A stretch of DNA of 64,000 nucleotides, taken from contig JAAOMT010000523.1 of the NCBI GenBank assembly GCA_016748015.1, forward strand, positions 990,156-1,054,155. The letters run 5' to 3'. Of the stretch, positions 1 through 14,436 are shown in pieces. Below the pieces are notes generated by a model. It had not been told where the DNA came from, did no database searches, and worked only from the letters and a program-made list of their open reading frames with translations. A program made the position numbers and the translations under genes. Numbering within the stretch: position 1 is the stretch's first letter; the number at the start of each line of letters is the position of its first letter. The stretch comes from Geosiphon pyriformis uo1 (Eukaryota; Fungi; Glomeromycota).

Positions 1-32
1 GGAACTTACAACAGCAAACCTCACAAAAGAAG

Positions 33-347
33 NNNNNNNNNNNNNNNNNNNNNNNNNNNNNNNNNNNNNNNNNNNNNNNNNNNNNNNNNNNNNNNNNNNN
101 NNNNNNNNNNNNNNNNNNNNNNNNNNNNNNNNNNNNNNNNNNNNNNNNNNNNNNNNNNNNNNNNNNNNNNNNNNNNNNNNNNNNNNNNNNNNNNNNNNNN
201 NNNNNNNNNNNNNNNNNNNNNNNNNNNNNNNNNNNNNNNNNNNNNNNNNNNNNNNNNNNNNNNNNNNNNNNNNNNNNNNNNNNNNNNNNNNNNNNNNNNN
301 NNNNNNNNNNNNNNNNNNNNNNNNNNNNNNNNNNNNNNNNNNNNNNN
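33..347. other. Assembly gap (N run)
   Basis: Run of N characters. Confidence 0.99.
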
Positions 348-980
348 AAGTTCATAGAATAGTGTTACAACAAGTTGTATAAAAGAAGAGCTTCTCTCTT
401 CGAGAAAATATATCTTACTTTAGATTTATCTCTTAAAAACTGTCCTATACACACAAAAAGAAATAAATATTAAATAATTCGAAAAAAACCAAATTCTTTA
501 AATTATTGTACTTGGAAAAATCCCCAAAACCCAACTAACGTTTTGAAATTGATTAGCTACCAATTTCAGTAAACTGTTAGTGACTTCAGGTCTGGATAGA
601 AAACGTTTCCCTTGATAAAATTCTATTTCTTTTACATTTCTTTTATTTTCTTTTATTTTCTTATCATAATCATTAGGGTAATCTACAGACAAGATTCCTG
701 TAGAAAAGTTGACTTTCACAGCAAAGTAACTACACATTTTTAGTGAGCTTCCAGACGAGCAATTCTTGGGAAAAAGTTGATGTTTACTACAATGTAACTA
801 CATAAAGCAACTGGCATGGAATTGGCCATTCCACTCATAAGCCTAGCAAGTTCAAATTATAGGAGATAATTTGAAGATAAATTCAGTTACTGAAGATTCA
901 ACCACATCCAGAAAACGTGAACTCACAGCAAATAAATATCAACAACATTACAGAAAAGAGACCAAAAACCTCTGGTAACA
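348..980 (+). repeat. 3' part of a family C/D Gypsy LTR (3' or solo LTR)
   Basis: Near-identical to about 53607-54241 and 62161-62795. Ends ...CTCTGGTAACA and is not followed by a PBS. Confidence 0.92.
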
Positions 981-1182
981 ATATACATAATTGAGATTTC
1001 TCAATTTCTTAATTCTTCATACCAGGAATTTTGCAATTTCTTTTAAGAAGAATTCTAAAATTCTGCAATTCTTGGAATTCTGCAATTCCTTTAAGAGGAA
1101 TTCTGGAATTCCACATTTATTACATCTTCTTCTGATTGGCTAATTTATATACTACTATTCTTTCTATATTTTATGAGTAATA
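981..1182 (-). repeat. 5' fragment of a family A LTR, interrupted by the C/D LTR
   Basis: Reverse complement starts TATTACTCATA (decayed TGTTACTCATA) and carries the same GAATTNCAG repeats as 7717-7960. Confidence 0.75.
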
Positions 1183-2060
1183 ATAGGCTGTTATAATGGT
1201 TTGGCAATTGAATCAATAGGTGATCAATTAATTATGACTACTGAAGATAATTGTTGACTGATATTATCAGAGTTGAGATTGTTCTGATTTTAAATATTTG
1301 GAGTTTTAATCTCCAGATTTTCTATAATTGGGTTTTTTGATAATTGAATTTTTGATCTTTGTCTTCTTTTTTTTCTGATTCAGTTACTTTTCAAGAATCA
1401 GCTGTTTCAAAATCTGGTTGGGGTAATGGTAATTGAAATCTTGATGGCATAGTTGATTGTGATTTAAATCTTTCAAAGTATTTGCTGTATGTATCTAATA
1501 AATTGGTTTTTGATTGTTTGCTTTGAAATAGAATTTGAACTAGTGGTGTTTTTGTAGATAATAATGCGAATTCTGATGGTATATTAATGATACTTTTTGG
1601 AGTATGGTGATAGAATGAATGTGTTGGTAAATTGACTTTTTGTTTTTTTCAAGTGGGCACTTGTATCTTTTTGGATGTTATTGCTGGTGTTTGTAATTTT
1701 CTTTTGTCTTTGCTTGTGTAAGTGATTGGGTATCTTTGTTAAGTGTGGATTTTAATTTCTTTATTGATTTTTATAAGGATTGCTGAGAAATTATGATTTA
1801 CTGGTAGGCTGGTGTTTTGAATTAATTTGTTGTAAAAATTTTCTCTAGCTGAATTGGTTTCTATTGGTACTCTTAGCAAATATGAAATTTTTTCATTGAT
1901 ATAGAAGTTGAAAGCTAATTCTGTTAATAAGTAATTGTTGGTTAATCCCAAGTGTTAACAGTAGTATTGAAATAAGAATTTAGCAAATCCTAAATGGTTT
2001 GTCCCTATTTTTTTTGATTCTGCCACTTTTTTTTTTGTGCATTGGTGCTAGTTCTCAATA
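1183..2060 (-). pseudogene. Degenerate Gypsy gag N-terminal region
   Basis: Directly follows the LTR and PBS on the minus strand; includes ORF fragment 1739-1951; many stops. Confidence 0.55.
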
Positions 2061-2068
2061 GAATTATA

Positions 2069-2085
2069 CTTTACAAGAAATACCA
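2069..2085 (-). other. Decayed primer-binding site
   Basis: TGGTATTTCTTGTAAAG 2 nt after the LTR end; differs from the family B PBS TGGTGCTCCCTGTGAGG only by C>T/G>A changes. Confidence 0.6.
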
Positions 2086-2087
2086 AA

Positions 2088-3033
2088 TGTTAAAGGTAAT
2101 TATTTGAGTAGTTAGAGTAAATAACAAACCTATAATTTGGTGCTCAATTAATATAGAATAGTAGTAATCTGAAGGTTTTTGTGTTCTGAAAGTTTTGATT
2201 AAGTTTTTTGTATAATAAACAGAGATTCTCATGTTGTTTTATTCGTAGCTTCCTGAAATTGCAATTCTGTCAATTTTTTTCTCAGCTTGGTAGCCAGCAA
2301 TCCTCTAGTAAGCAATCTGTAATTCTTATGTATTCTACCCACTTGCAAAAGTCTTTTATCAGACAATTTTTAATTCAATAACTCAGTACTTAATTCTTAA
2401 GAAGTTTAATAAACCACCAACAAAATACAAAAATAAAATAAAATAAAATAAAAAAAATTAAGCCAAGGCAATACAAGTCAGTATTCCATTAATAACTGTG
2501 ATCAAAAGCTATTGTTCCCATGTGATTTAAGTATTAATTATTATTAACATTTAGAGTTGATAGCAAGCAATTGGATTTGAGATGCTGAATAAATATATTT
2601 ATTGATATTTAGAATAATATGATTTCTAATTAAGGAATGGTAATTAATAAATTTTTGTCTGGAAATTCTATCTTTTCTGCTTCTAATACTACTGTTATAT
2701 ATACATATTTTCTAGTTTTACAGGATTGCTTTAGATTATCTGTTCTTGCTAACTATTGCTTTGTTTTCTTATATTATAATTAATTATTCTATGTTATAAC
2801 ATGTTATCTAATATTATTACACATTATTCTGTGTTATCCTATATTATAATATATTATCTTATATTATAATGTATTATTCAGTGTTATCCTGCATTATAAC
2901 ATATTATCCTATGTTATAACATGTTATCTAACATTATTGTGTGTTATTTTGTGTCTCTTTATGTTTCATCATGTTTTTCTTTAAGTCATGTTTTTCTTTC
3001 TTTTTTTGATAAGCTTTTTTTTTTCAAGTAACA
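2088..3033 (-). repeat. Family A-type 5' LTR
   Basis: TGTTA...TAACA termini; downstream half homologous to 8040-8571, 13900-14436 and 44699-45200. Confidence 0.8.
2771..2950. repeat. 10-bp period tandem array inside the LTR
   Basis: Units such as ATGTTATAAC, GTGTTATCCT and ATATTATAAT repeated in register. Confidence 0.8.
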
Positions 3034-3389
3034 ATGGCTAAAAGAATTAAATACCAAACTATGCTAATATTGTTTAATTCACAGTGATTTTGAATATTGT
3101 GATAATTGTGATCTCATTTACAATCCACCACTATGTATGATCTATACAATCCCTGAAAAAGAAGAACTAATTAGCAGCTGTATATTAGAATTAGAATTAC
3201 CATTCAATCACAATTCAAACTTTGATAATAATAATAATAATAACAATAGTTCCAGCTCCATGTAATATAGCAACAATAACAACAACCATAATTTAAACTT
3301 AGATACAAACCCAGAACAATATATTGCTCTTTTTGATCTCTCTAAGGAGCAAGAGCTTAAATGGTTCAGTGATAACAATAAAGATATCA

Positions 3390-3790
3390 TTCCAGAAAGC
3401 ACACATAATACTAATGCCAGATTTGATTTAAAATATCCTGAAATAAATGTCATAAAATTGGAGCCATATTTATGCACATATATTGATCTGAAAGTAGCAT
3501 TAGAAATTCCCACAACAACAATAGTTCAACTAGCATCTAGAAGTAGTTTAGCAAAAAAAAGGATTAATATTAGAAGAGAAATAATTGATGCAGAATATGT
3601 AGGAAATATTATTACAATGCTACAAAATGATTTAAAAAAGATCTATATTATAAAGCCAAATAAAAAAATAGCACAAACAATATTTTTGCTTCTGATTAAA
3701 ACAGCTCAATTAGTTTTAGTGAGAAAAAGAAAGGAATTAGGGATTACAACTAGAGAGATTAGTGGATTCAGATTCATAGATAAAATAAAT
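3390..3790 (+). pseudogene. Retrotransposon dUTPase domain (A1)
   Basis: ARFDL, ASRSSL, IIDAEYVG, KKIAQ and REISGFRF match decayed dUTPase motifs I-V (ORF 3458-3853). Confidence 0.85.
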
Positions 3791-4299
3791 GTACCTGTTA
3801 ATATGGCAGAGAAAGAAATTATTAATAAAAGAGAAATTATCTTCATCTATTAATTAATTTTTATTCCACCATATGACAGGTATATGTTAGCATTAGAAAA
3901 AAAAGTAAAAAATCAGGCTTAAATGTTTAAAACAAAAGCTATAATTTGTGAATTAGAAAAGATTGGGCTTACCAATCTGTACATATTAGTTAAAAGCCCG
4001 AAACACATAAAAATTTCTATTTACAACACAACTGGAGATGTCATTAAAATACCAAAAAGACCTATTATCAGATATATAAGCACAAAAATAGAAAATCAAC
4101 CACCAAACTCCATTCCAGACTTTTCATAACTGTGTGAATATGTGGATATCACATCACAAACCATATATGAATGAGAAAAATGTTATCTGCTTCAACCAGA
4201 ACAATTGAAACAGATGAACTTGGAAAACTTAGACCCACTTTAACATATATAAATCAAGATGCTACTTAACAACTTTACAGATATCTTTGCCAATAAAAA

Positions 4300-5613
4300 C
4301 AAATTTGGCAGAACTGATATTATCCAACATCAAATTAAGATCAGAGATACAATGCCAATTAAACAAAGAGCATACTAAGTACCACTAGCAAGCCATGAAA
4401 TCATCTGACAAGAAATCCATTGGATGTTAAACAATGAGTTAATTTAATCATCAATAAGTTTATGGTCATTACCAGTAGTATTAATCTGTAAAAAAAATGG
4501 AAAGATCCGATTTTGTGTAGATTATAGAAAACTCAATGGTATTACTTGTGGAGACAGCTATTCAACTCCACAAATCTAAGAATTATTTAATGTTTTTAGA
4601 GGAAAGAAATAGTTTTCAATATTAGATTTGAATAGTGATTACTGGCAGGTAGCCATGAATTCAGATAACAAAAAAAAACTGCATTTATAACTAGAGAAAG
4701 AAATTTTGAATTTGAAATAATGCTATTTGACTTGATGAATACACCAGCCATATTCTAATAACTAATGAAAATTGTTTACATTGGACTACTATAGAAATCA
4801 ATAATTGTTTACTTAGATAATACCAATATGTTCTCCAAAACATTTAATAATCATTTACACCATCTTCAACAAGTATTTGAAAGATTAAAAAGAGTTGGAT
4901 TAAAGTTAAATACAATCAAGTGTTTTTTTGAAAAAACTGAACTCAAGTTTTTGGAACATGTCATAAGCAAAGACAGTATCAAAACAGATTCAGACAAAAT
5001 TGAAATAGTTAAAAACTTTTTAGTACCCACCAACTCGACCAAACTATAAGCATTATTGGAATTTGTAGATTATTACTACTGCTTCATTAAAGATTTTTCC
5101 AAACTGGCTCAGCTATTACACTAGCTCTAAACAAAGAATACCAAATATGAATAGACAGAAAACCAGCAAAAAGTTTTTAATATATTAAGATGAAAGCTTG
5201 TTTAAGCTATAGTATTAATTTATCCAGATCACAACAAATCATTTATCATTACAACCAATGTGTTAAGTCAAGCATTAGGAACTGTACTATCTTAAAAAAG
5301 ACCAGATAAAAGAAAACATCCAGTAGTATATACTAATTATAGCTTAAGTTCAATAAAAAAAAACTATGAAACTCCAGCATTAAAACACTTAGCAATCTAT
5401 TGGACAGTTATAAAATGGAAAAAATACTTAAGCCAGAAATTCAACATATACACTAATCATAAAAGATTGACTTCAATTCAGAAACAAGAATTTGGAGATG
5501 ATTGCCATATAAGATAGAAAATAAAACTTTTACTATTTAATTATATAGTACATTACAAAAAGGAAAAAAAAAACAGAAATGCTAATGGTTTATCACAAAT
5601 AAAACAAATCTAA
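4300..5613 (+). pseudogene. RT and RNase H (A1)
   Basis: RT and RH motifs with stops and frameshifts; ends ...NANGLSQIKQI-TAA at 5611-5613. Confidence 0.88.
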
Positions 5614-5643
5614 GAACATTCCAACCCAAAAATATAACAAAAG

Positions 5644-7020
5644 ATAAATACACAAAAATACTAACAACTCCAATATTATATAGACACTCAATGATTTAAG
5701 AAGAAATTATCTCAAAAGGAATGAAACAATATAAAACAATGATCCAAATATTTTATCACCAATTAAAATATACTTTATTAAAAGAACAAAAAAAATTCAG
5801 ATCAACCAACCAGAATAATCACAAAACCAGAGAAAAAAACAATATTATTTAACATGCACTTAGATCCAACAGCAAGACATTTTTATAATAAAGCAACCAT
5901 AGAAAGAACTAGAAAAAAATATTATTGGCTATCAATGTATCCAGACATTATTTAATATGTTCAAAATTGTGATGCTTGTTAGAGAAGAGGAGGAACAAGA
6001 TCAAGCAAACCATTAAAACCAATCAAAATGAGACAACCATTTGATCACATTGGAATCGACTTAGTTGGATCATTAACAATTACCAGTAAAGGTAACAAAT
6101 ATATTGTAGTAGTCATAAATTATCTCACAAAATGGCCAGAAACAAAAGCAATTCAAAAAGCAAATGCAGAATCCATAGCCAAATTCGTTTATCAAGATCT
6201 AATTTGTCAACATAGATGTCCAAAAGAATTATTATTAGATTAAGGAACTCATTTTATAAACAGAACACTAGAATTAAGTCAAAAATTTGGAATTAAAAGA
6301 CTACTATTATCACTATATCATCCACAAACAAATAGTTTAGTTGAAAGATTTAACAGAACATTGTGTAAAGCAATTGTCAAGATCAGCCAAGAAAACCAGA
6401 ATAAATAGAATTTGTTTATACTATCAGTATTATTTATTTATTAGACAATGAAACAAAATACTACTCAAGCAACACTATTCAAATTAGTATATAATAGAAC
6501 AACAACATTACTAGTGGAGATAAAAGTCAATACATATCTAACAGAACTAATAACAGAAGACAATTTTCAAAAAACATTGTTAAAAAAAATATATAACTTA
6601 ATGGAAACTTTGGAAAACAAATGATAAAAAGCAGTTAACAACATTCAAAAGTCACAAGCAAAACAAAAAAAATGACATAATAACCAATTATTAGATAAAC
6701 CAGTTGAATTTAAGATTGGAAACAAAGTACTTCTATATTGTATCAAAGTGAAAAAACAATGGAGTGAAAAATTTGATCTTAAATGGGATGGGCCATTTTA
6801 CATAGAAGAAATTTTAGGAAATGGAGCTTATAAATTAAGATAGAACAACAAAATTTTAACCAAAGCAGCACATGATAATTAACTAAAATCTTATCACAAT
6901 ATAGTATTATCTACTAATAATATTCCACAATTAAGAGTACAAAAAATACTAGTTCAACCAGAAGAGATTCCACAAGATCTAGAACCAATAATAATTATTA
7001 ACATAAACACATCAAATTAA
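5644..7020 (+). pseudogene. Integrase (A1)
   Basis: H-H-YYW-CDAC zinc motif, GIDLVG, ERFNRTL and GPF motif. Confidence 0.88.
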
Positions 7021-7070
7021 GACACCAGAACTTTATATAAAGAGTTGACATGTGACAAAGATATTAGAAA

Positions 7071-7690
7071 ATAGAAATTACTGACAATATTCACACACTG
7101 GCACAACAACTTTTTCAACTGATTCAACAACAAAACATGGAAATTACAATTAACCAACAAATCATTTGATATAAAGATACAAAGAAAAGATATTGATTTG
7201 AAATACAAAAAAAACCAGAAAACACCATTGACAAAATAATTAGAAAAATAAAATTGGCAATAGAAAGTCAAACAAATATTACATTATATCAAGAGTTGAC
7301 CAAAGAAACTTGGAATTGGTGAATACAACAATTTCTAAAAAACTTTTGTTATTTCTATTTAGGACAACACCTAAATATTCAAGACTTATATACAGATAAA
7401 ACAAAATAATTATTCAACACAACAATATTACAACAACTTAAGCAATTTGTGAAAAAGAACAATCTAACAATACAAGCACAAGCCATCTATCAATTACATG
7501 CTGGATTTTAAGACTGACCAGAAATACTATTCAATACAGTAATAGACACAATTACCACAAATCAAATAGAAAAAATAACAAATGACCAATTTAAAAAATT
7601 ACAGATCAGAATAACACAAGTAATTCTAGAAAAAAAATTTCAAGAAATAATTCAAGATGGAGAGTTGGAAGAGTTAAGAGATCTCAATAG
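7071..7690 (+). pseudogene. Accessory ORF3 (A1), function unknown
   Basis: (M)EITDNIHTLAQQLFQ...FYLGQHL...AQAIYQLH...IEKITNDQFKKL; homologous to the post-IN ORFs of other copies. Confidence 0.65.
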
Positions 7691-7716
7691 AACTCAATAT
7701 TAAAAAAAGAGAATAA

Positions 7717-8571
7717 TGTTACTTATAGAATATAGGAATCAGAATAATATATATATTAACTAATCAGAAGTAGATATAGTAAATATGAAATTTCAAGATT
7801 CCTTTCAAAGGAATTATAGGATTTCAGGAATTACAAAATTCTCTATAAGGAATCACAAAATTCCAGAATTTCCAGAATTTCTCTCAAAGAATTGCAGAAT
7901 TGCAGAAATTTCAGAATTTCTGGCAGGAAAAATTGAGGAATTAAGGAATTTCAAATATGTATATATAATAGTAGCATTAGAAACAAAAAAAACAGACCTC
8001 TCAGTTTAGATTTCATCTAAGCAATCTTTTAAATTACAAATATCAATAAATAATTATTTGCTATTTCAATCTATTTTTATTGCTATTAACATGAAGTGTT
8101 AATAGCAATGAACATTTAAAACATATTGAAACAATAGCTCTTGATTACAGCTATTGACAGGATACTAACTGAATTGTCTTGGCTTAATTTCTTTATCTTT
8201 TTTATTTTCTTTATTTTTTTTTGTTGTTTTTGTATTGTTACTAATTAATTACAAAAATACATGCTGAATAATTGATGTCACAGATAGTCTGGTAAAAAAC
8301 CTGAATAGAAGAGTATAGATTGAGAGATTTGGATAGCTTACCAGAAGAGCATGACTGCCAGAATAAACTGGCCACCAAGCTGAAGAAAAAAATTAGGAAA
8401 CATATTACTAATAACTTGTATACTGCAATTATTGAATCTCTGTTTATTATACAAAAATTTAACCAAAATCTTCAGATACAAACCTTCAAATATCACCAAC
8501 CATATTAGCTATTGAGCACCAAGTTACAGATTTGTTATTTGATTTGAGACTCCAAATAATCACCTATAACA
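7717..8571 (+). repeat. 3' LTR of A1
   Basis: TGTTACTTATAG...CCTATAACA after a purine tract; 9-bp GAATTNCAG repeats at about 7788-7950. Confidence 0.88.
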
Positions 8572-11500
8572 ATACATAATACTAATACAGGATTTGATCT
8601 TAAGTATTTGGAAAAAACTGCTATTAGATTAGAACTTCATTTATGTACCAATATAGATCTGAAAATAATACTGAAAATTCCAATAACAACATTAATTTAA
8701 CTAGTCTTTAAATTTAGTTTAGTAAAAAAAAATAATTAATATCAGAAAAAAAATAATTAATACAAGATATATAGAAAATATTATTGCAATATTACAAAAT
8801 AACTTAAAAAAAAATAACAGAGGCAATATTTCTGTCTTTGGTTAAAATAGCTCAATTAATATTAGTGAAAACAAAAAAAAAGTTGAAGATTACAGCAAGA
8901 GAGATAAAAAAATTTAGATCAATGGGTAGAATAGATATACTAGTTAATATAATAGAAAAAAAAACAATTAATAAAAGAGAAATTATCATCACTTATTAAT
9001 CAATTTCTATTTTACTATATGACTAATATATAATAGTTATAAAAAAAACTAACTCCAAATTTTTGAAGCTAAAATAAACATTTGTAAATCAAAAAAAATT
9101 GCCATTACCAATTTCTATATACAAGTTAAAAACAACAAACACATTAAGATCCCAATATACAACACAACTAAAAACCTCATAGAAATACCAAGTAGAATTA
9201 CTATTAGATATTTAAGCACTAAAGTTGAAAATCAAGCATTCACTACTATTCCAGACTTTCTACAGTTTTGTAAATATGTAGACATTACATTACAAACCAT
9301 ATATAAACAAAAAGAGTATTATTTATTGCAGTTAAAACAATTAAAACAAATGAACTTAAGAAATTTAGATCCACTTCAACAAATGCAACTTAAAATATTA
9401 CTTAACAACTTTATTGATATCTTTACTAGTGAAAATAAATTTGGCAAAACTAATATTATTCAACATCAGATTAAAACTAAAGATGTAATTCTAATTAAAC
9501 AAAGAACATACAGAGTACTACTTGTCAGTCATGAGATTATTTGACAAGAAATCAACAGAATATTGGACAATGAATTAATTTAATCATTAATAAGCTTATG
9601 GTTATTATCAGTGGTATTCATTTGGAAAAAGAATGAAAAGATCTGCTTTTGTGTAGATTACTGAAAGCTTAACAGTATTACTTGTAAAAAAAGCTATTTA
9701 ATTTTATAGATACAAAAATTATTTAATGTTTTTGGAGGAAAGAAATAGTTTTTAATATTGAACTTAGATAATAGTTATTGACAAATAATCATGAATTCAA
9801 CTAACAAAGAAAAAACAGCATTCACCACCAAAGAAAAAAACTTTGAATTTAATGTTATGCTATTTGGCTTAACCAATGTCTTAGCTATTTTCCAATGGCT
9901 TATGAAAATTGTCTATACAGGATTGCTATGAAAATTTGTAATAGTTTACTTAGATAACACCAATATGTTCTCCAAAACATTTAATAATTATCTCTATCAT
10001 TTCCAACAAATGTTTGAAAAATTAAGAAGAGCTGAATTAAAATTGAATGCAACCAAATACTTCTTTGGCAAAACTAAGTTCAAGTTTTTGAAACATATTA
10101 TAAGCAAAAATAGCATAAAGACAGATCCAACAAGATTAAGATAATCAAAAAATTTTCAGTACTAACAAACTTGACAGAACTAAAAGCATTTTTAGGATTT
10201 GTTGGATACTATTACCACTTCATACAAAACTTTTTTAAACTGGCTCAACCATTTTATTAGCTTCAAATAAAGAATGTTAAATATGAATAGACTAAAACCC
10301 AACAAAAACCCTTTGATATCTTAAGAAAAAAATTTATTTAAGTTCCAGTATTAATTTATCCAGATCACAGCAAGCCATTTATTATTACCATCAATACATC
10401 CAGTCAAGTATTGAAAGCTGTATTGTTACAAAAAAAACAGATAGATGAAAACATTTAGTAATATATGCTAACAGAAATTTAAGTTCAGCCAAGAAAAACT
10501 ATGGAACTTTAGTATTAAAATATTTAGTTATCTATTGGGCTGTCATTAAATAGAAAAAATACTTGAGCAAAAAGTTTGATATATATATTAATCACAAAAA
10601 ATTAACATCAATCCAGAAGCAAAAATTTAAAAACAATTGTCATACAAGATAGAAAATAAAACTATCACCATTTAATTATATTATATATTATAAAAAGAGA
10701 AAAAAAAACAAAAATGCCAATGATTTGTCACAAATAAGACAAATTTAAGAATATTTTAATTCAAAAATATAACAAAAAATAAATACACAAAAATATCAAC
10801 AACTTAAACATTATATTAATATTCAACAGTTCAAAAAAAAATTATTTCAAAAGAAACAAAACAACATAAAACAACATAAAACAACAAGCAAAATATTTTA
10901 TTATTTACCAAAATATATTATATTGAAAAAACAGAAAATATTCAGATTAGCCACTCAGAGTAATTACAGAACCAGAAAAAGAAACAATACTATTCAACAT
11001 GTATTTAAATCCAATAACAAGACATTTTTATAAAAAACAACCATAGAAAGAACCAGAAAAAGATACTATTAGTTATCTATATATTCAGATATTATCCAAT
11101 ATGTTCAAAATTGTGATGCTTGTCAGAAAAAAAAAAGAACAAGACCCAATAAACTGCTAAGACCAATTAAAGTAAAACAACCATTCAATCAAATTAGAAT
11201 TAACTTAGTAGGACTATTAACAATAATTACTAAAGGCAATTGTTATATAACAGTAGTCATAAACTATCTCACAAAATGGCCAGAAACCAAAGCAATTCAA
11301 AAAGCAAATGCAGAATCTGTAGCTGAATTTATCCACCAAGATTTAATTTGTTGATATAGATGTCCAAAAAAAGTATTATCAAATTAAAAAACTTACTTTA
11401 TAAACAGAACACTAATAAAATTAAGTCAAAAATTTGGAATCAAAAAACCATTATTGTTATCTTATTATTCACAAACAAATGGCTTAGTTAAAAAGTTTAA

Positions 11501-14436
11501 CAGAATATTGCATAAAACAATAACCAAGATCAGCCAAGAAAACCAGAATAAATGGAATGCATTTATACCATTAGTATTATTTGCTTATTAAATAATAAAA
11601 TAAGATATTACACAAACAACACTATTTGAACTTGTTTACAGTAGAACAGCAACATTACCAGTTGAGATAGATATCAATACATATCTAACAGAATCAATAA
11701 CAGAAGCCAACTTTTCAAAAAACATATAACTTAATAAAAATACTAGAAAACAAAAGACAAAAAACAGCTAATAACATTCAAAAGTTACAAGCAAAACAAA
11801 AAGAATAATATGATAACCAATTACCAAATAAATCAGTCGAATTTAGAATTGGAGACAAAGTATTTTTATATTATACCAAAGCAAAAAAACAATAGAATAG
11901 AAAATTTGATTCTAAATAGGATGAATCATTTCACATTAAAAAAATTCTTGAAAATAAAGCTTATAAATTAAGATAGAACAACAAAATTTTAGCCAAAGCA
12001 GTACATAAAGATTGATTAAAATCATATTACAATATAGTATTGTTATGATTGAAACTTATACTTTTTATTAGTTATTACATATATTAGTCACTGATATTAT
12101 ATAATTAGCTATCTTATTTTTATATAGTGATTATTGACCTAGTTGTTGACTTAATCATTGATTATTTTTAATAGCTATATAAGCAATAAGTCTCTTAACT
12201 ATAGAAAAACATGTAGAAAATAAAATAAATAAAATAAATAAAATAACAACTTTTATTTCAATCTTTCTCTTATCATTAAATTTTTTTTTTCTATTTTCAA
12301 GTATCTAAATATCTTAAGATAAAAAATTATTTGTTGGCCTTTTTTTGACTCATGTAATTGTAGCATTTGAAAACTATTGAATAAAATGTGACTGAAAAGT
12401 ACATCTAATACTTGTTATTGAATTTTAAAAGCATTGATGTAAGGCATAGAATTATATTAGTGTATAATCATTTGTTGACAATATGGACTATTTCTTTATC
12501 TTCAGATTTTCCAGTTATTTTTTGAAAAAAATAATAACTGAAATATTTTATGAAACTGATCTCATACATTAAATTCATACTTATTCAATTTGCTCTTTGA
12601 AGTTAAATTCCCTTTTGATTATTTCTATTATCTTACAATTCTGTTTTTCCTTGCTATCTATTAGCTTGTTATTTCAATCTGTAACAGTATTATTATCTAC
12701 TAATAATATTCTAAAACTGAAAGTACAACAAATACTAGTTTAATCAGATAAGATTCCACAAGATCTAGAACCAATTATAATTATTAACACAAACATGTTA
12801 AATTAATCTACAAGAATAGTATATAAAAACACAGTATATATAACAAAACAACAATAAAAAGATGAAAATTCCAAACCACATTTACATAATGACTTAACAA
12901 TTATTTTAGGCCATAAATTAACAAAAATTAGACATAAAAATTGTTATTAATTACCAAATAATCTGCTATCAAAACACCAAAAATAAAAAAAAAACAAAGA
13001 TCATCTTATATTAGCAACCACAAAACCAAACAAAATATTGGTCAAATAAAATCATAGAAAAAGTAAAAAAAACTTTTGGAAAAATACCACTAATAATCCC
13101 AATAAAAAAGCTAACTAAAAAAAACTGAAAGTTATGAATAAAACAACTTCTAGTATTATACTATTATTATCAATTGGAATAAAAACTAAATATTCAGAAA
13201 TTATATATCAATAAATCCAAAAAAATATTCAATCAAAAAATAATACAACAGATTGAAGATTTTATTGAAAAGAAGACAAATTCTAGACTATACATCAAAA
13301 CAATTTACTAACTATACACTATATTTCAAAATTATTCAAAAATACTACTATATCAAAAAATAGAAACAATAACTGTTAACCAGTAGGAAAGAATAAACAA
13401 CTCTTAATGTGAAAAAATAAGGAACAGAATTGAACAAACAGTATTAAAAAAAGAAGTAATAGACTTAATTCAAAATGAAAATTTTAATAGAGCTTAATAT
13501 TAAAGAAAGAAATAATATTATTCATAAAAAAAGTACAAGTAAAAAAACAGATAAAAAAAATAGACCAATAGAAAAATAAAACTTAGCAAATAAGCATAAT
13601 ATTAAAAAATTATGATATATTGCTTAGTAATATGCAAATTGTCAGTAAATTATAACACACTGCTCAACAATAAACACATTGTTAAAAAATTATGGCATAT
13701 TGCTTAGCAATAAGCATATTATTAAATAAAATAAGGCACATTGTTCAAAAAAATGTGAGATCTTATATAACAAGAATTATGTATATATAATAAGAGTATT
13801 AGAAGCAGAAAAAACAGAATCAATTAAAAAAAATTAGTTACAATTCATTAATTATTCAATACTCTTCTCTTCAAAAGTAGTTTTTTACAATTTGAAGTGG
13901 AATCAATTCATATATCAATAAAATATCAATTATTATTTGAAATCCATGTTACTATTACTTAATTAAGAAATATTAATCAATTTTACACTATTAATACTCA
14001 ATGTTAATAGAATTCAATACTTAATTACATTAGACCAATAATTCTTGATCACAACTATTAACAAAATACTAATTTCTTATTTTTTTTTCTTATTTTTTTT
14101 TCTTATTTTTTTATTTTTTTTATTTTTTTTATTTATTGTTTGCTAATTAATTAAAAAAATTAAGTACTGAGTATTTGATATCAAGAATAGTCTGGTAAAA
14201 AACCCAAAAATAAGGGTAGAAATTTAAAAGTAGCTTATCATAAGGGTACAACTGCCAGAATAAATTGGCCATCATACTGAAAAAAAAAATTCACAAAAAA
14301 AACTATTAATTGAAATTCTGTTTATTATATAAAAGACTCAACCAAAACCTTTAGAAATTATCAATATTATTATCTATTGAACACCAAATTACAGGTTTGT
14401 TATTTGTTTCAACATCTTAAATAATTATTTATAATA
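8572..14436 (+). mobile_element. Ty3/Gypsy element A2, degenerate (dUTPase, RT, RH, IN, ORF3, 3' LTR 13516-14436)
   Basis: Colinear with A1 from the dUTPase (HNTNTGFDLKY) onward. RH stop 10746-10748, IN start 10779, ORF3 ATG 12862. Confidence 0.88.
12041..12686 (+). mobile_element. Family B solo LTR with 4-bp TSD (GTAT), inserted in the 3' end of the A2 integrase
   Basis: TGTTATGATTGAAAC...ATCTGTAACA matches the reverse complement of 32560-33297; GTAT at 12037-12040 and 12687-12690. Confidence 0.92.

Larger units (their letters stand above)
3034..8571 (+). mobile_element. Ty3/Gypsy element A1, 5'-truncated and degenerate (Cys-rich region, dUTPase, RT, RNase H, IN, ORF3, 3' LTR)
   Basis: Motifs FCVDYRKLN, YLDN, GIDLVG, YHPQTNSLVERFNRTL and KWDGPF; purine tract at about 7702-7713; LTR 7717-8571. 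Confidence 0.92.
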
